Assembly (NCBI GenBank): GCA_002189035.1
Contig: NEEC01000026.1
Span: 310,001-374,000 of the forward strand
DNA from: Utricularia gibba
Taxonomy: Eukaryota > Plantae > Magnoliophyta
DNA: 64,000 nt
Reading direction: 5' to 3'
Position 1 is the stretch's first letter, and each line of letters begins with the position of its first letter. The notes below the pieces were generated by a model. That model was not told the DNA's origin. It ran no database searches and saw only the letters and a list, made by a program, of their open reading frames with translations. Made by a program: the position numbers and the translations under genes. This document shows positions 1-11,699 of the stretch, in pieces.

Positions 1-137
1 GTGGTGAGGAAAGAATACAGGCTGGGGGGGAGGGACTTGGAATTGAACCCTTATTATGTTATGATTTCTTCTATTTATAGAAGAGGTCAACCTGTCCGAG
101 TCTTGAATCATGCAGATGTCAGTTGCTTATACCCCAT

Positions 138-1017
138 CAAGCGATCAAAGCTCAGCCTCTTGCCGACTTTGTAGTCGAGATGACCAGGCCCGTCGACTGA
201 TTCGTGGAAACCAATGACCGATGGATCATGTATGTCGATGGATCAACATATAATGGGGCTGGAGGGGGATTGACATCCGTACTCAGGATGGAGGTCATAT
301 TTTTGTGACGTTGAAATTCTCGTTCCCCGCCACCAACAATGTCGCCGAATACGAAACCTTGATTGAAGGGATGAAAATTTCCAAGAAACCTATGACCCCC
401 TACTCGACATTTACACCGACTCACGGCTAGTGCAAGGACAATTTTCGGGTGAGTATGAAACCTATGACCCCCTAATGACTTTGTATTGTACTAGGGTGAA
501 GGAGTTGACGAAAACTTTTAAGGAGTTTACCTTATCGCATGTGGCCCGCGAAGAAAACGGATTCGTGGATAGCCTTGCCCTATTTGTCGCAGGATTTTAG
601 GAGCTAAAAGAATCAAGCGTGACGATTCGGTTGCAGGATCAACCTTCGGTAACTTTGCGGGCAATGAACCATATTACCCAACAACCAGGAAATGACATCT
701 CCCCACAATTGAATCTCCTCGAAGATTGGATGTCGCCTTACGTCCGATATTTCAAAAAACGGAGAAATACCATCTAAAAAATCAGAAGCCCGACAGCTGG
801 AGATTAGGGCAAAGAGATATACACTGGTAGATGGAATTCTTTATCGAAAATCCTTCGATGGACCCCTATTAAGGTGTATCGAGAGAGAATATTCTCAAGA
901 CCTTATAACCGATTTGCATGAAGGAGAGTGTGACAGCCACATCGCAATACGATCCTTGTGCAGGAAAGCTTTGAGAAGCAGATATTATCGGCCGACTATG
1001 AAGGGAGATATAATTCG
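138..1017 (+). pseudogene. Degenerate pol fragment (RNase H and integrase N-terminal Zn-binding region); integrase core deleted
   Basis: Homologous to element B pol, including the HEGECDSH motif; many stops and frameshifts; abrupt junction to the 3' repeat at ~1018. Confidence 0.85.
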
Positions 1018-3000
1018 GGGCTTCCCCCAAATTATATGCTCCTCCAAACCCAGGCCCCAGTGATAAGGGTAAGCCCTGGTATAACTCGGGCACCAGTTCC
1101 CCTAAACTGTTTGTGTTAGCCTCGAAAAGCCCTTAAGTACAAACCTTACTACCGAGTCTCGAGACGACATGAGCACCCGAAGCAAATCCGCCCATGATAT
1201 TACAACAATGAGAATTTGGCCAAAAGAGGGCCCATTTGGATTGGGGAAGTTGTTCAACCCATGAGAGGTTCTGATCTACTTCCCTAGCACCGGTTCAGCT
1301 CGCGTAAGGAAAGACTAAGGTAGATAAAGATCGAAAAGCCCAACCAAATGGTTGGCAAAGGGCACACAACCTCCAAGTCATGTGAGCCCACGTGAACCCT
1401 CTAAATCCAAGCCCCGCAATGGGTACACTAAACCGACTTAGGGCTCCCCCGAAATATGTGATATTGAAAATCCAAGCACTAATAACAAGGGTAAGTGATG
1501 AACGTTGGAATGGGTTGCTAAATGTCGTGGTTTAGCACATTCAATGCATCAAAAGAAATTTATAAACCGAGATATTATACTACACAAATCACAAGAAGTA
1601 ATGTAGCGTGGCAAGCAAGGGTCGAATCCACAGGGAATAGTTGCAATTTTCTGAAGTTTAACACATTTACTGGAAACAGGGGGGTTTTCTGGGATTTAAG
1701 TCTAATGCGGGTAAGACGTAAAATAACAGTTACTGGAATAAACGAGTTGTAGTGATGAAGAGGGACTGAAATTAACGTGAAGGTGCATAAAACATAAAAC
1801 AAAAGTAATTTGGCTGGGTTTTACACCAGAGTCTAGCTTCTGTGTCACTCAAGAGAGCCCTTAGGTTTAAACCCAGCTTGGAATGCTTGAAAACAGAGTA
1901 ATAGTTTGCAGAAACAGAGCATGGTTCGCATGAACAGTGAAAGCGCGTTAAACTTAAAGGCATACATGGAAAGCTTAAACAGAAACATGTTTATAAACTA
2001 AGGCAAGGTCTACAACGAGTTTCCCGTTCACAGCAAGGTACCGAAAAGCAGCAGAAAGCATAGAAACGAAAGCTGTAACGATAACAAGTTCTCGCAGAAA
2101 TGGAAGTGTAGAAAATACGCAAATAAAAGTTACAGGATGCTTCTGTGGCTGGAGATCTGCTGGAAATCAAGTTTCTGGGTGGAGAGACGGTGTAAACACG
2201 TAGATCTGGAGGTCGCCGGAGACTTTCGCCGGAGAAACGGAGTTCTCCTTGCTCCCGCTTACTCTTGTTCGCTGCCTGTGCACTCTGCATGCACAGTGTA
2301 CTCTTCTTCTTCTCTCCCTTCCTTTTCCCTTTTGCAGCTCAAAATTAAGGGTAGCATTGTCCTTTCCTCAGTCTTCTAGAAGGGAGATCTCTGCTCCAAA
2401 TCTTATCTTTTCAGAAGGGCGGCTACTTTCGGCGGAAAGTGACTTTTGTACAGCTTTTCTGTCTCCTTTGATTTGTCAACGCGGAAAGTGCGCTGCTACA
2501 GTACTAGCTCTTATCCTGGTAAGACTTAAAACATAGACTAAACAAAATATTAGAGTTTTCGGTTCAATTGTTTCCAATTGAGCATGTTTTCACAATAAAC
2601 ATATTTCAATAGTCTAAATATGCAAAAGAAGACATTTTAGCACCCTAAGCAACATTTAACCCCACAAAACACACTTAAAAACATATATAAAAACACAATA
2701 AAAACGGTGTTATCAGTAAGCCCTGGTACGACTCGGGCACTGGTTCCCCTAAACCGTTCGCGTAAGCCTCGAAAAAGCTCTAAATAAAGATCGTGCTTCC
2801 GAGTCTCGAAATGACAAATGCATCCGAAGCAGATTCGACTATACCCCAAAGGCATGGGTTTTGCTAGAAGAAGGCCTATTCGGATTGAGAAAGTAACTCA
2901 ACCTAAAAGAGGTTCTGAGTCACATCCTTAGCGACAACCGCGCACGCATAAGAAAAGGCTTAAGCAAAAAAGCCTAGCCAAGTGACTAGCAACCTGCACA
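1018..3000 (+). repeat. ~422-bp tandem repeat units of the Tat 3' non-coding region; second unit split by a solo LTR
   Basis: Unit start GGGCTTCCCCC...AAGGGTAAGCCCTGGTA at ~1018 and ~1441; same units at ~30992 and ~31414. Confidence 0.8.
1496..2715 (-). mobile_element. Solo LTR (Athila-like) with 5-bp TSD GTAAG
   Basis: TGATG...TATCA ends; GTAAG at 1491-1495 and 2716-2720; reverse-complement homolog of 37263-38401; removing it restores AAGGGTAAGCCCTGGTA of the host repeat. Confidence 0.95.
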
Positions 3001-3145
3001 ACTTACAAATCGCAATGATTGACAAGATGCAGAGGCAGTATGCAAAAAACTAAACGAACTGAAGGAAGGGATCCCCAAAATAGAACCTCAAAATATCCAA
3101 AAACCCCGAATCAAGGGCAAAAATATCAGTTTCAGAAAGAGGAAA

Positions 3146-4222
3146 CTAAGGCTTAGGAAGAGGATCAGCTGAGGGGCCGACGTGTCCCTCCATCCTGGCT
3201 CTCAGCTTGGCTTCATTCTCTCGTCCGATCCTAGCCCGAATGAGCCCAATTAGACGTTCCCGATCAGCCTCAAATCCGAATTCAGGAGCAGGGTAAACGT
3301 CTGCGATGACGTCCAGCATATTCTCATCCTTTGTCAAGGAGTTGATCCGGTCGAAACGTGGATCCATGATGATCAGTCCGAACTCCCGGCTGATTTGGCA
3401 CCTTTGCCGATACAGGAGTAGGCCAATCAGGTCTCCCGTCTAGATGTCGGACAGCTTAGAGAAGCAAGCCGAATTAACAAAATTTTCCAAGAGCTCCCGC
3501 CAAGACGCCTCTTGGTTGAGTAGTTCGACCTTTAAGGTCGAAACGTGTTCCTTGCTCTGCTTCAACTCCGCCTCTGCCTCCTCAAACTGCAATTTGAAAC
3601 TTTCCTTCTCAGAGTTGGCATCATCGATCGCCTTCCCCATCTCGTCTACCAAGGTCTGCAACTCCTCTTCCCGATGGGTGTGTTTCGCGAGAATACTCCT
3701 CAACGCGCTCCCTTCCTCTCCCAATGACTTTATCTTGTCATTCTGTGCTGCAACCTGGGCTTGAAGTTGAGAAACTTCCTCCGAAGCAGACCTCATTTCC
3801 TTGGCCATCCCCCATCCAAAGGACAAGGCCTTAGAAAAAGATCATCAAATTAGATATCGGCTATGTACAATCTCGAGAAAGAAGAAGAGTACCTGCCAAA
3901 TTCCCTTGAGTATAATTTCGGGCTGAGCTCCCGAGACATTCGAAGTCGCCTCCTCTAAGGCCCTTTGCAGTTCTGGCAGGAATGAAGACGATGGTAGGGC
4001 GGAATCCTCCCTTAACTCAATCAGAGGAGTAGAGCTCCTTTCTGTGTCATTCGGTGGAGCCAGTATCCCCAAGGGAATTGGCAAACTCAAAGGAGGAAGT
4101 GGGCTCTCACCTAATTCCCAAGGGATTTCAGTATCCTGAGCATGAGAAACCTGATACTCGTCAGGGATCGAGTACCGAATGCGGAGAGAAGGGATGCTCA
4201 ACTCACTCGATCTTCTACCCAT
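3146..4222 (-). pseudogene. Antisense additional ORF of Tat element A; two exons (4222-3893, 3829-3146); coiled-coil protein with one in-frame stop
   Basis: [23 protein letters not shown]...KGIWQ|ALSFGWGMAKE joined in phase 0 across a GT..AG intron (3830-3892). The stop at 3440 is read through in copy B. TATAAATA on the minus strand at 4489-4496. Confidence 0.75.
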
Positions 4223-4708
4223 GTTCAGAAAAACGAAAGAAGGACCAAACCATAGAACAAAGCGGAAACCCGGAGTAGGGAAGAACACAGGAGAAAAAGG
4301 GGGAGCCCAATCAAACCCCAAGAAGTCAAACGGAGAGGATGAAGAACTGATTGATACTTGAAAAATTCGTAGTTCCCGGCGGGATTATGGCGGCGAAGCC
4401 GACGGACGAGTACGACGGAGCACGAACGGCGCTGAAATTTCGGGGAGGAATAGAGGGAGCAAAGGGGAGGAAAGACGGGGAGAGCGCATATTTATAATGG
4501 GGATATTCGGAAGACGAAACAGTGCGTCGTTTGAGATGCCCTAAATGAGCGGGAAAAAGCGTGGCGTGCTCAGGTGGCGACACGTGGTTAGGAAATCGGT
4601 TTGAGGCTCACCCATGGGAAAGTGACATGCCCGAAATCGGCACACAAGTGATTATGATTCACCGATTCTCCTTGAAAAGGTCCATATCAGTAAATCAAAG
4701 GGGCTGAA

Positions 4709-5222
4709 TGATGGGGTACAAATCAGATGAGGATAATCGGCCTCTGGAAAGCTGCCAAAAGGTGCTCTAATGGGATAGCGCCAGCCGACAGACCGATATG
4801 TGTTAGAGACACAGTTTGAAAAGCGGCCGAGTTACGGCAGAGCAGGCGACGATTTGCTGAGAAGCCGGATCATAGTACAGGTGCAGAAAGCAACCGGCAA
4901 CCACAAGAGTCAGAATTCGGTCAGATCGATCTTTTCTATAAGTAGGAGAAATTCTAAACGAAAAAAGGGGTTCGATCCTCAAGTTTCCAACTTGTATTTT
5001 CTCCCCTCATCTCTATCTAGTGAAGATTCTCTCCAGCGAGCTTCGATAGCTCCGTGGTTTTCCCATACTTCGGTGATTTCCACATAAAAAGTCTTCACCT
5101 CTCTTTATTTCGATAAACCACGTCAAATCACGCATTCAAACCGTACCCGGATCCGACACATTTGGCCGTTTTCACGAATTAAAAATCGGTTCTAATTCCA
5201 ATGTCGATTTTCACCCTTAACA
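4709..5222 (+). repeat. 3' LTR of Tat element A (514 bp)
   Basis: TG...CA ends; preceded by a PPT-like tract; start and end match the LTR at 25631-26150. Confidence 0.85.
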
Positions 5223-5726
5223 ACACTTCATCTCTAAAAAGATCAAAGTAATATGAAAAATGAAAATTAATTGAAAATAATAAGAAATTGGAGTTTAAAA
5301 TAAATAAAAACAACATTCAAAAATAATGTAAGAATTTGTTTTAGAACAACATTATTTTGAATAGTCCAATCTTCACTTCCACCAAAATCATTGCTAATTT
5401 CTTTAATTTAGATCGACATTATTTTGAAATTTTTCAAAATATATTTTTCTTCCAAAAAAAATGAAATTAATATAATTTATAAAATTCATTAAAAAAATAT
5501 AGGAAAAGTTAAATAAAAAAAGATTCACAATGAGCTAAAAGAGTTAAACCACAAAAAGTTTTAATAAAATTCTATTATATATTAGGTAATATATAAATAT
5601 AAATAACTATAATAAAATATTCATTTTCTATTTCTTTATTTTATAATTAAAAGAAATATATGTTTTTTAACAAAAAATATAATTTAGATTATAAATGAAT
5701 ATAGTTAAATTAATTTCATATTAATT

Positions 5727-5842
5727 TATTTTGAGTTTTTATAAACGGAGTAATATTCAAAAATTGAGAAAGATATAATTTCATATTAATTTATATCTTT
5801 CTTAATTTTTGAATATTACTCCGTTTATAAAAACTCAAAATA
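5727..5842. repeat. Near-perfect inverted repeat (52-bp arms, 12-nt loop)
   Basis: 5727-5778 is the reverse complement of 5791-5842 with one mismatch. Confidence 0.95.
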
Positions 5843-6040
5843 TTCTTTTATTTCAGTAGTTATTTTTGTTTTCATTAGTTATCTTCATGTAATTTTTTTA
5901 TTTATGTATCCTTTATCTTAAAGCATAATTTTTTTTTAATTTTTGAATTCTTCAATTTTAATCATTCTTTTTTTTTCATCTATTTAAAGAGAAATTTTTG
6001 TTGTTTTATTAGAAATACAAATCATTTCATAGCATATAGT

Positions 6041-6446
6041 TAGAGCTGGGCACGGTTACGGGTTGACTCGTGTATCCGGCGGGTCAACCCGTGACGGGTC
6101 CAACCCGTAACCCGTAACCGTCGAAAACGGGTACGGGACGAGTCAGTTGTACATGGGTACGAGTTGACCTGGCGGCTCAGTGTAAATGGCCTAGCATGTA
6201 GTGTATTAAGAAGTATTGGGCTAACTCACAAAAATATAAATACATGGTTAGCCCATAAACTAATTATCAATGAATATATCTAATATTATTAAAATTAAAA
6301 AAAAAATTAATGACACGTGTCAACCCGTGACCCGGGACGGGTCAGCCCATCCAACCCGTCAACTCGTACCCGCCGAGTCAGCCATTTCATTTTTTACCCG
6401 GGGGTTCGACCCGTGACCCGCCGAGTCGGACCCGTGCCCACCTCTA
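6041..6446. mobile_element. hAT-family MITE (406 bp) with 8-bp TSD CATATAGT
   Basis: TIRs TAGAGCTGGGCACGG / CCGTGCCCACCTCTA (14/15 match); CATATAGT at 6033-6040 and 6447-6454; subterminal (A)ACCCG/CGGGT repeats. Confidence 0.93.
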
Positions 6447-7054
6447 CATATAGTATTACTTTGATCGATATATCTTTTGAATCTGTTTTGGAAAAAATAT
6501 TATTACATGTAAATATCACAAATGGTATGCGCTACATTCATTGAAAAATTTGAAAAAGTAAATGATTATAATTCAAAGATTCAATTATGCAGCTTATGTT
6601 TAATTAACTCTAAAGACATGAACATTTGTTTATAATAGAAATGTTAGGTATCTATTTAATTTTCTATTGTATATATTTTAATTAAATGCAAATAGTATAT
6701 TTATATAAATTCGTAATTCAGTCCAAGTGAAATATATTGACAACGAATCATGTTGAAGTATTAGATAAAGTATTAAAAGGAGCCAGACATATTACTTTTA
6801 CAACATTAGAAAATGTATTAATATAATTTAAAAATATATATATATTATCTACATTTAAGAATATATATGCAAATTAGGTATATAAATGTGAACTTTATAA
6901 AAAGTTAATTCATAATTAACTATATGTTTATTAAAAAATTTATTTGAATTTTTAGAAATAATTTACAAACTTTATTAAAAATACTAAGATGAAAAATTGT
7001 AGGAATTTTATTATATTTAAATATTATTTTAGTAATTGATATTTTTGAAAAAAT

Positions 7055-7175
7055 TATAATTTTTCTAAGAAATTGCACGGTCATTTTTCTCAAAAATTTG
7101 AGAAAGAACTCACAATATAATTTTTCTATGAAATCAAACGGTCATTTTTCTCATAAATTTGAGAAAGAAGTCATA
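7055..7175. repeat. Two-copy 61-bp tandem repeat upstream of UCP
   Basis: TATAATTTTTCTA...GGTCATTTTTCTCA.AAATTTGAGAAAGAA occurs at 7055 and 7116. Confidence 0.8.
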
Positions 7176-7364
7176 ATTTAATCCACGGTCAGGATGTCAT
7201 TTCATATGTCTGTGCTTTTGTTGTAATTCTTGCCGTTGGTTACTTTATTATCATTAATTAATTTTATCATTTTTCCGCTGTCAACTAGACAGCTACTGCT
7301 GGGAGTTGGGGTGTGAGCACTCTTGGATAATAAATACTTCTTTTTCTTGTCTTGAATGTCATCA

Positions 7365-9516
7365 ATGGCGGGTTCAACGGAAATCCCCTTCACCGTCAGA
7401 TTCCTCTGCAGTGCTTTCGCTACTTGTTTCGCCGAGGTAGATCTTTCTTCTGCAAGTTTGTGTAAATTCAAATTTTATGGATGATTTATTTGTTTTACGC
7501 CCTTTGGAATGCTTATGCTGAATCATCTCTTTTCTTTTCTTTTTTTGTAATTTCAACCCTTCGCGAGATTATCCGTATTCCTGGCTAGATGAATTGCAAA
7601 CATGATAGCTTTTTTTATGCGTGATCCTCCTTCAAGTAGCTTTTTATTCTGAAACAACTCTGTGGCTGTTGCTCATCTGCAGTTTTAAAGGTGATCACTC
7701 GTAAAGGACGATTTTTTTTCCTTTAATTTACAGTATTCTGTGCCTAATGTACAACGTATCTGGTGGCATATGGCCATAGAGTTTCTTAGACGTCTTTGTA
7801 GATATGCTTGATAACCTGCCAGTGGGAGACTTTCTTCGTAGATTTCTGGCTGCCCCTTACATGATGGCCTTTGTTTCTACAGTTCTGTACCATCCCGTTG
7901 GATGTTGCTAAAGTCAGACTTCAGCTGCAAAAAAGAGTTCTTTCCCTCCATGAAAGTGGTCTGCCAAAGTACAGGGGATTGCTTAGCACAGTCAATACAA
8001 TTGCCAGAGAGGAGGGATTATTTTCCCTATGGAAAGGAATTATTCCTGGTTTACATAGACAATGTCTCTATGGTGGCCTGAGGATTGGATTGTATGAACC
8101 TGTACGTACTGCTTTGAGGGACTTTTATTCGCTATGTAATAAGCTTTTTGAAAGTATTATCTCTCTTTGTCCAGGTCCGAGATTACATATCAGGGAACTA
8201 CTATTTGGGAAGTATTCTTCTCCTAAGTAAAATACTGGCCGGTCTACTTACGGGTATAAGATTAACGAAAAGCTCTTTATGATGTTCTGTTGATTAATGA
8301 AAATTTCTACTTGTATCAAAAAGGTGCTATAGCAATCTTTGTGGCAAATCCAACTGACCTTGTGAAAGTTCGCCTTCAAGCTGATGGAATGTCATCAGTT
8401 GGATTGCAAAGGCGGTACACTGGTGCTTTGGATGCATACCATACCATCGTGAAGCAGGTTGCTGTTGTTATTGTTATTAATTGGATTCATTGAGTTCAGA
8501 AATCTAAGCTCTTGGAATCAACAGGAAGGATTATTTGGATTGTGGACTGGGCTTGGGCCTAACATTGCCAGAAACTCAATCATAAATGCTGCTGAATTGG
8601 CAAGTTACGATCACATCAAGGAGGTGCAAACAATGTTCATAGGATTTTCTCTATGTTGCTCTATTTTGTCATTACCGTTATTACAGTCATCATTTTTCAA
8701 TATATTGGTCCAATGTGTGACTTTGACAAAGTCTGCCTTTTTGTGCAGATGGTTCAAACTATCTTTGGGCTAACAGATGGTATTGTAGTGCATGCGCTAG
8801 CTGGTTTAGGTGCAGGATTCTTTGCAGTGTTTGTTGGCTCCCCTGTTGATGTGGTAGTTCCAAATTATAGGCATTATCTCTGAAATCATTATCTATCCTT
8901 CTATCCTCAGTATGTTTCTAGAATATTGTATGCCTTTTTCATGGGAAATTCTCCTTTTTATGCCAGATCAAATCTAGAATGATGGGAGATTCTGCCTATA
9001 GAGATGCATTAGATTGTTTCTTCAAAACATTAAATACTGAGGCAAGATTTCTTTCTGACCGTTCAGAACAAATCTGTTTAGCCATTTCCATTACTTTCAT
9101 TATTATTGTTTCTGTGTTTAAAAGTTATAGATCCTTTTAATCCAGTTTAAGCATAAGAGACTTCAGCGTAACAATGTTTCCATGATTCCTTCTAAATAAT
9201 ATCTCATTTTTCATATTCATGGGATGTCTCAACATTATTCCCTTCAATCATTGACTCTTCGTTCTAGCAGGGTTTTTTAGCTTTCTACAAAGGCTTCTTT
9301 CCAAATTTCATTCGGCTTGGATTGTGGAATCTTATCATGTTTCTCACTTTCGAACAAGTACGACCACTCATACCCATCCCTTTCCCTTTCAAACAAGTTT
9401 GTAGTTTTGTGATGTGCAGTTGTGTTAAAAATTATCGATGATTAGATGATGGTTCTTGCACCATGATCCCAACTGTTTATTTGTTACTTGGGCAGTTAAA
9501 AAGATACGTCTGGTGA
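7365..9516 (+). CDS. UCP1: Mitochondrial uncoupling protein (plant UCP/PUMP1-2 type). Exons 7365-7436, 7883-8101, 8175-8253, 8324-8457, 8525-8623, 8749-8853, 8967-9041, 9271-9357, 9496-9516 (last exon less certain; alternative in-frame ATG at 7356)
   Basis: Spliced translation gives three carrier signatures ([29 protein letters not shown]) plus [18 protein letters not shown] and NAAELASYD. All exons are in frame; intron 7 has a GC donor. Confidence 0.93.
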
Positions 9517-10077
9517 TGGCTATCTTTATTTTTTTATGCCGTGTTTCTCCCAATGTGCAACATACTGGATGAACCTCTGGTTCTGCCTCATCTTCATTTA
9601 GCGATTCTGATGACAATAAAATGCATCGGCATACATCCCTCCTCGTTCATCATGCTGATCAATGCCAGGCAGACTGGGAACCTTCATTCTCATAGGTACG
9701 AAAGTGGATGTTAGTATCTTGAAATGTCGAGGAAGTGTGTACTCACTCACACAGAGACACACACACGGACCCACATAAGCAATGTATATTTGTTCACGAG
9801 ATAACCTATAATACATCGAAACAATGTTCAGTGTGCGTTCAGCCAGACTGATCTGAATGTACGAATATTCCAAGTAAACTTATTCCTTCATTCTTTTGCC
9901 AGTTCCTTGTACACAATGATCATGTAATTGATTGGACTTTTGCTATCGTGTGTTTTCATTATAGGCATCATGAACAAGGTTTCCTTGCAGAAGAAACAAA
10001 AATCAGACAAAGCGTTTATTCTTCTCTTCACGAAGATGAATCAAGAAAGCGCACAGAAGAACGCAGTGGTTAGTCCA

Positions 10078-11442
10078 TCACTTCTTGGGAACTAGATACA
10101 CCCTGGCCTTGATGATGGATCCATCGTGGAGCTTGAAACCAAGACTCACTGAAATTCCAACCATCATGGATGCTGCCTCATCAGTAGCAGCCGTCTTGAC
10201 CACGCTCTCCATGCACTGGGAATCAAATTTAGCTCCCTTGCTCACCTCAAAGACACTGGGAGGTGGGTTAAAAGAGAGTGCCAGTAAACTTAGCAATCAA
10301 GTAGCCTTAGCCAAGTCCAAGAACTGGCCATAAATCCTAGTCCTTGGATGGTGGCCATCCAGGACCTGCTGCCTTTGTTCCATTCTCCGAACAGGGCTTT
10401 CTCCATATTGGGGTGCACACTTGAAAGGTACGTCTTGTAGCAGAAGTTTTCAAAGCTGCAACGTAGAAGGATCCCTAGAATCTCAACAGGTCCATATACC
10501 TCATGTCATTGTACTGAGCAAAGCAATCCTGCGGTGTTGATTCGGATGGAGGATGGAGGAGAGACTGTCGTCCATGTAGAACGTCTCGTGATCGAAGTCG
10601 TGGAAGATTTTGGGGTTGATGTAGCACTCCATGGCATATCTGGCGTGGCCGGAACCAAGGTTCCTTGTCGGGTTGATGCTCGTCCCAGACGAGGTGTCTC
10701 GATGCATCGGACTGCTTCTGCTACGTGGCAACGAGCATAGCGCATTAGGGATAATAGCCGGGATGCCAAGGCTTTAGATGCTTCTTTCACTAGGCACGTC
10801 GTCTCTCCAAATAGCACCACCGCCGAAATCAGAGCTGCTAGCACATTTTGAACCAAATCTGAGTAAGTAATACGGTGACTGAAGATTGCACTACAACTAA
10901 AGAAAGAGTTGGAAACCTCTCGCGGTGGAGATGACCTTGAATCGGGGCCTCCCTCCCTTGGACTTGCCGCCGTTGCTACCAAGACACGACACCGTTTTGA
11001 GGTTCTCTCTAAGATTTTCTAGCTCCAGTTTCTTCGCCTTCACCTCTTTTTTCAGTTTCTCGATTGCCTCTTCGTATGGCTCCACCACGTCGCGCAATGT
11101 TGTCGTGCCCAACCCATACATCCCGGAGGGTGCGTCGCGTATCTTTTGCACCTCTCAGGGAGAATGCGCCTCCTGAAGCCCGATGTATGCTCTTTTGAAC
11201 GCCATCGTGGCATCGAAAACCTGACCGAGGAGGAGATGCAACTTTTAAGTTTCCGGCAGAGCCCCCTCCTCGTTCTCATAACTGCCTCGCATAGCATTCG
11301 GGACCAGGTCCTCTTCCTCCTCCTCCATGTCGTCATCCGAGTGATCCAAGAGTTGTGATACGTCGGCGAGGGGATGCAAGAAGCACAAGGCTGTGGCCTG
11401 GTGGATCAGATCTGATAAATTGGAGCATCCAGCAGCATTCAT
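10078..11442 (-). pseudogene. DUF641 / IRK-interacting-protein-like (At3g60680-like) pseudogene
   Basis: Segments across frames: SNLSDLIHQATALCFLHPL, VFDATMAFKRAYIGLQEAHSP*, KIFHDFDHETFYMDDSLSSILHP, AKAT*LLSLLALSFNP, GFKLHDGSIIKARVYLVP. Two TGA codons sit at Trp positions, and there are several frameshifts. Family recognised from memory. Confidence 0.85.
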
Positions 11443-11699
11443 TTTGGAGTTGCAGTCTCCCCCACGCCAGATGCCACTATGCCAGCAGTAGAAGAAATGA
11501 ATTATAATAAATATTTTTTTGAAACCTTAAAACATAATTCTAATAAAACGAGGCTCTACCCATCCAAACAACCCACTCCTTGGTTATGATTTGGCTATGG
11601 TAGAAGAATTGAAGTTAACCCAAATAATTAAAATATAAATATTTGTTAATATCAAACTATTTTTTTTAGCCTCATGTAGAGTGACTCATCCATTCTCTC

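Larger units (their letters stand above)
138..5222 (+). mobile_element. 3' part of Tat-type Ty3/gypsy LTR retrotransposon (element A): RNase H/integrase remnant, 3' repeats, antisense ORF, PPT, 3' LTR
   Basis: 138-1017 aligns by eye to 28988-29870 of element B (AIKAQ.LADF, YVDGSTYNGAGGG RNase H). It then jumps to the ~422-bp repeat, the antisense ORF, a purine-rich tract at 4693-4708 and an LTR starting TGATGGGGTACAAATC. Confidence 0.9.

Noticed and set aside
9960-10080. Alternative last exon for UCP
   Set aside because: Its translation does not resemble UCP C-termini; 9496-9516 (LKRYVW*) fits better.
10506-11358. ORFs 10506-10982, 10897-11151 and 11052-11336 as separate genes
   Set aside because: They are frame fragments of the single DUF641-like pseudogene.
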